From Stegostoma tigrinum (taxonomy: Eukaryota): 64,000 nt of DNA. Shown one piece after another: positions 62,900 through 64,000 of this stretch; the first letter of the stretch is position 1; each line of letters starts with the position of its first letter. Position numbers and translations under genes: made by a program. A model generated the notes under the pieces. The model made no database searches. It saw only the letters and a program-made list of their open reading frames with translations, and had not been told where the DNA came from. The stretch lies in the NCBI RefSeq assembly GCF_030684315.1, contig NC_081367.1, positions 75,358,253-75,422,252 on the forward strand. Direction: 5' to 3'.

Positions 62900-63235
62900 C
62901 TATAGTCTCAGAGGTTGCTGTCTCATTAGATGCATTAGGATCACCATGACTCAGGAGAAGGCTGAGCTTGAACTTAAGTTTCATTGTGACCTCAAGTGCA
63001 GTCTGAATTGCAGACTGATCATCCAGCCAACTGAGCTAACCAATCTATCAATGCAGAGTGATGTCAACAGCGTGGGTTCAGATCCTAAACTGGCTGAGGT
63101 AACCATGAAGAAGTCTCCCTCTCAGCCTCTCCCGTCACCTGAGGCATTATGACCTTCAGCTTAAGCCACCTCCACTCTTGTCTGTCTAATGATGGAGCAG
63201 CGCTATGGTCTGGTAGGACTGAGGTGACTTTATCA
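62900..63235. mobile_element. Two head-to-head fragments of another tRNA-derived SINE
   Basis: Minus-strand TTAGCTCAGTTGGCTGGA A-box near 63022-63040; plus-strand GGGTTCAGATCC B-box near 63074. Confidence 0.55.
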
Positions 63236-63659
63236 AGCCGCTGCAGTACATCCATCCTGGAGGTGGTACTGACTGCAGCCACATTGGTCCACTGGTGAGT
63301 GTTAATTATTTAAGGTGATGGATTGAGTGCCAATTTGTCACTACTCCAGAAACGATCAAGATAAGTACATAGTGGTCAGCAGTGTGATAGAGTTTGTCTT
63401 TTAGGTGTTGAAAAGGTTTCCTGAAGTAAGGAGGTGGGTTGTTTGCTGCTGAATACCCTGCCTCTGATTTGTTCTTGGAAACCACTTTAATTATGTGCCT
63501 CAGATGGTTGCATTTCGGTGAATGATGACCCCAAGAAAACTTCTGATGAGGGGTTCAACTACAGTAGTACTTTGGAATTTAATGAGAGATATTTAGCTTC
63601 TGCTCGTTGAAAATTACCACATCCAGGCACTTGCATCGCTTAAACTTTACTCGCCTCTT

Positions 63660-63930
63660 GCCAATGTTGTTGAAGGTAGTATATTAGCATGGCTAGAGAA
63701 TTGGCGAATGGGCAGGAAACAGCAAGTGGGGATAAGGGTTTCTTTTTCTTATTGGCAACCTATACCCAGTGGGATTCCACAGGGATCAGTCCTGGTACTG
63801 TCACTGTTAACTATGTATATTAATGACTTTGAAGAAAGAAATGAATGAACTGTAACCAGGTTTGTAGATGACACAAAAATAGGTGAAAAAGTGGTTTTGG
63901 AACTTGAATATAAACAGTTTGCAGAGAGGT
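63660..63930 (+). mobile_element. Decayed CR1 RT fragment
   Basis: G.PQGSVL..F.DDTK remnants. Confidence 0.8.
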
Positions 63931-64000
63931 AGCCAAAAACTGAAGAACTGCGGGTGCTGGAAATCAGAAATTGTTGGAAAGACTCGGCAGGCCTGGCAGC

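Overview
Eukaryotic genomic DNA, AT-rich and repeat-dense. The repeat content (HE1-like V-SINE, many CR1 LINEs, Penelope-like elements) points to a shark or other elasmobranch; the species is inferred, not shown. The window is the interior of one + strand gene, RASA2 (GAP1m, Ras GTPase-activating protein 2). I traced 15 consecutive GT-AG exons (10651-58708, 1495 nt, phases consistent, no stops) encoding C2B, the RasGAP domain and most of the PH domain; the gene start and end lie outside the window. Almost all listed ORFs are transposon remnants or chance ORFs. Main observations: (1) three families of Penelope-derived elements carrying minimal hammerhead-ribozyme motifs, often as fold-back insertions, some with 13-14 bp TSDs; several lie sense within the RASA2 pre-mRNA and one has an intact core (33164-33191). 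(2) Two composite inserts (1.5 kb and 4.4 kb) split older CR1 copies; each is non-LINE, minisatellite-bearing DNA ending in a CR1 3' tail, which suggests CR1-tail-driven retroduplication of genomic sequence. (3) Complementary Penelope arms flank a 306-nt frame-neutral exon pair. Repeat boundaries were read by eye and are approximate, and family names come from recalled motifs, not database searches.
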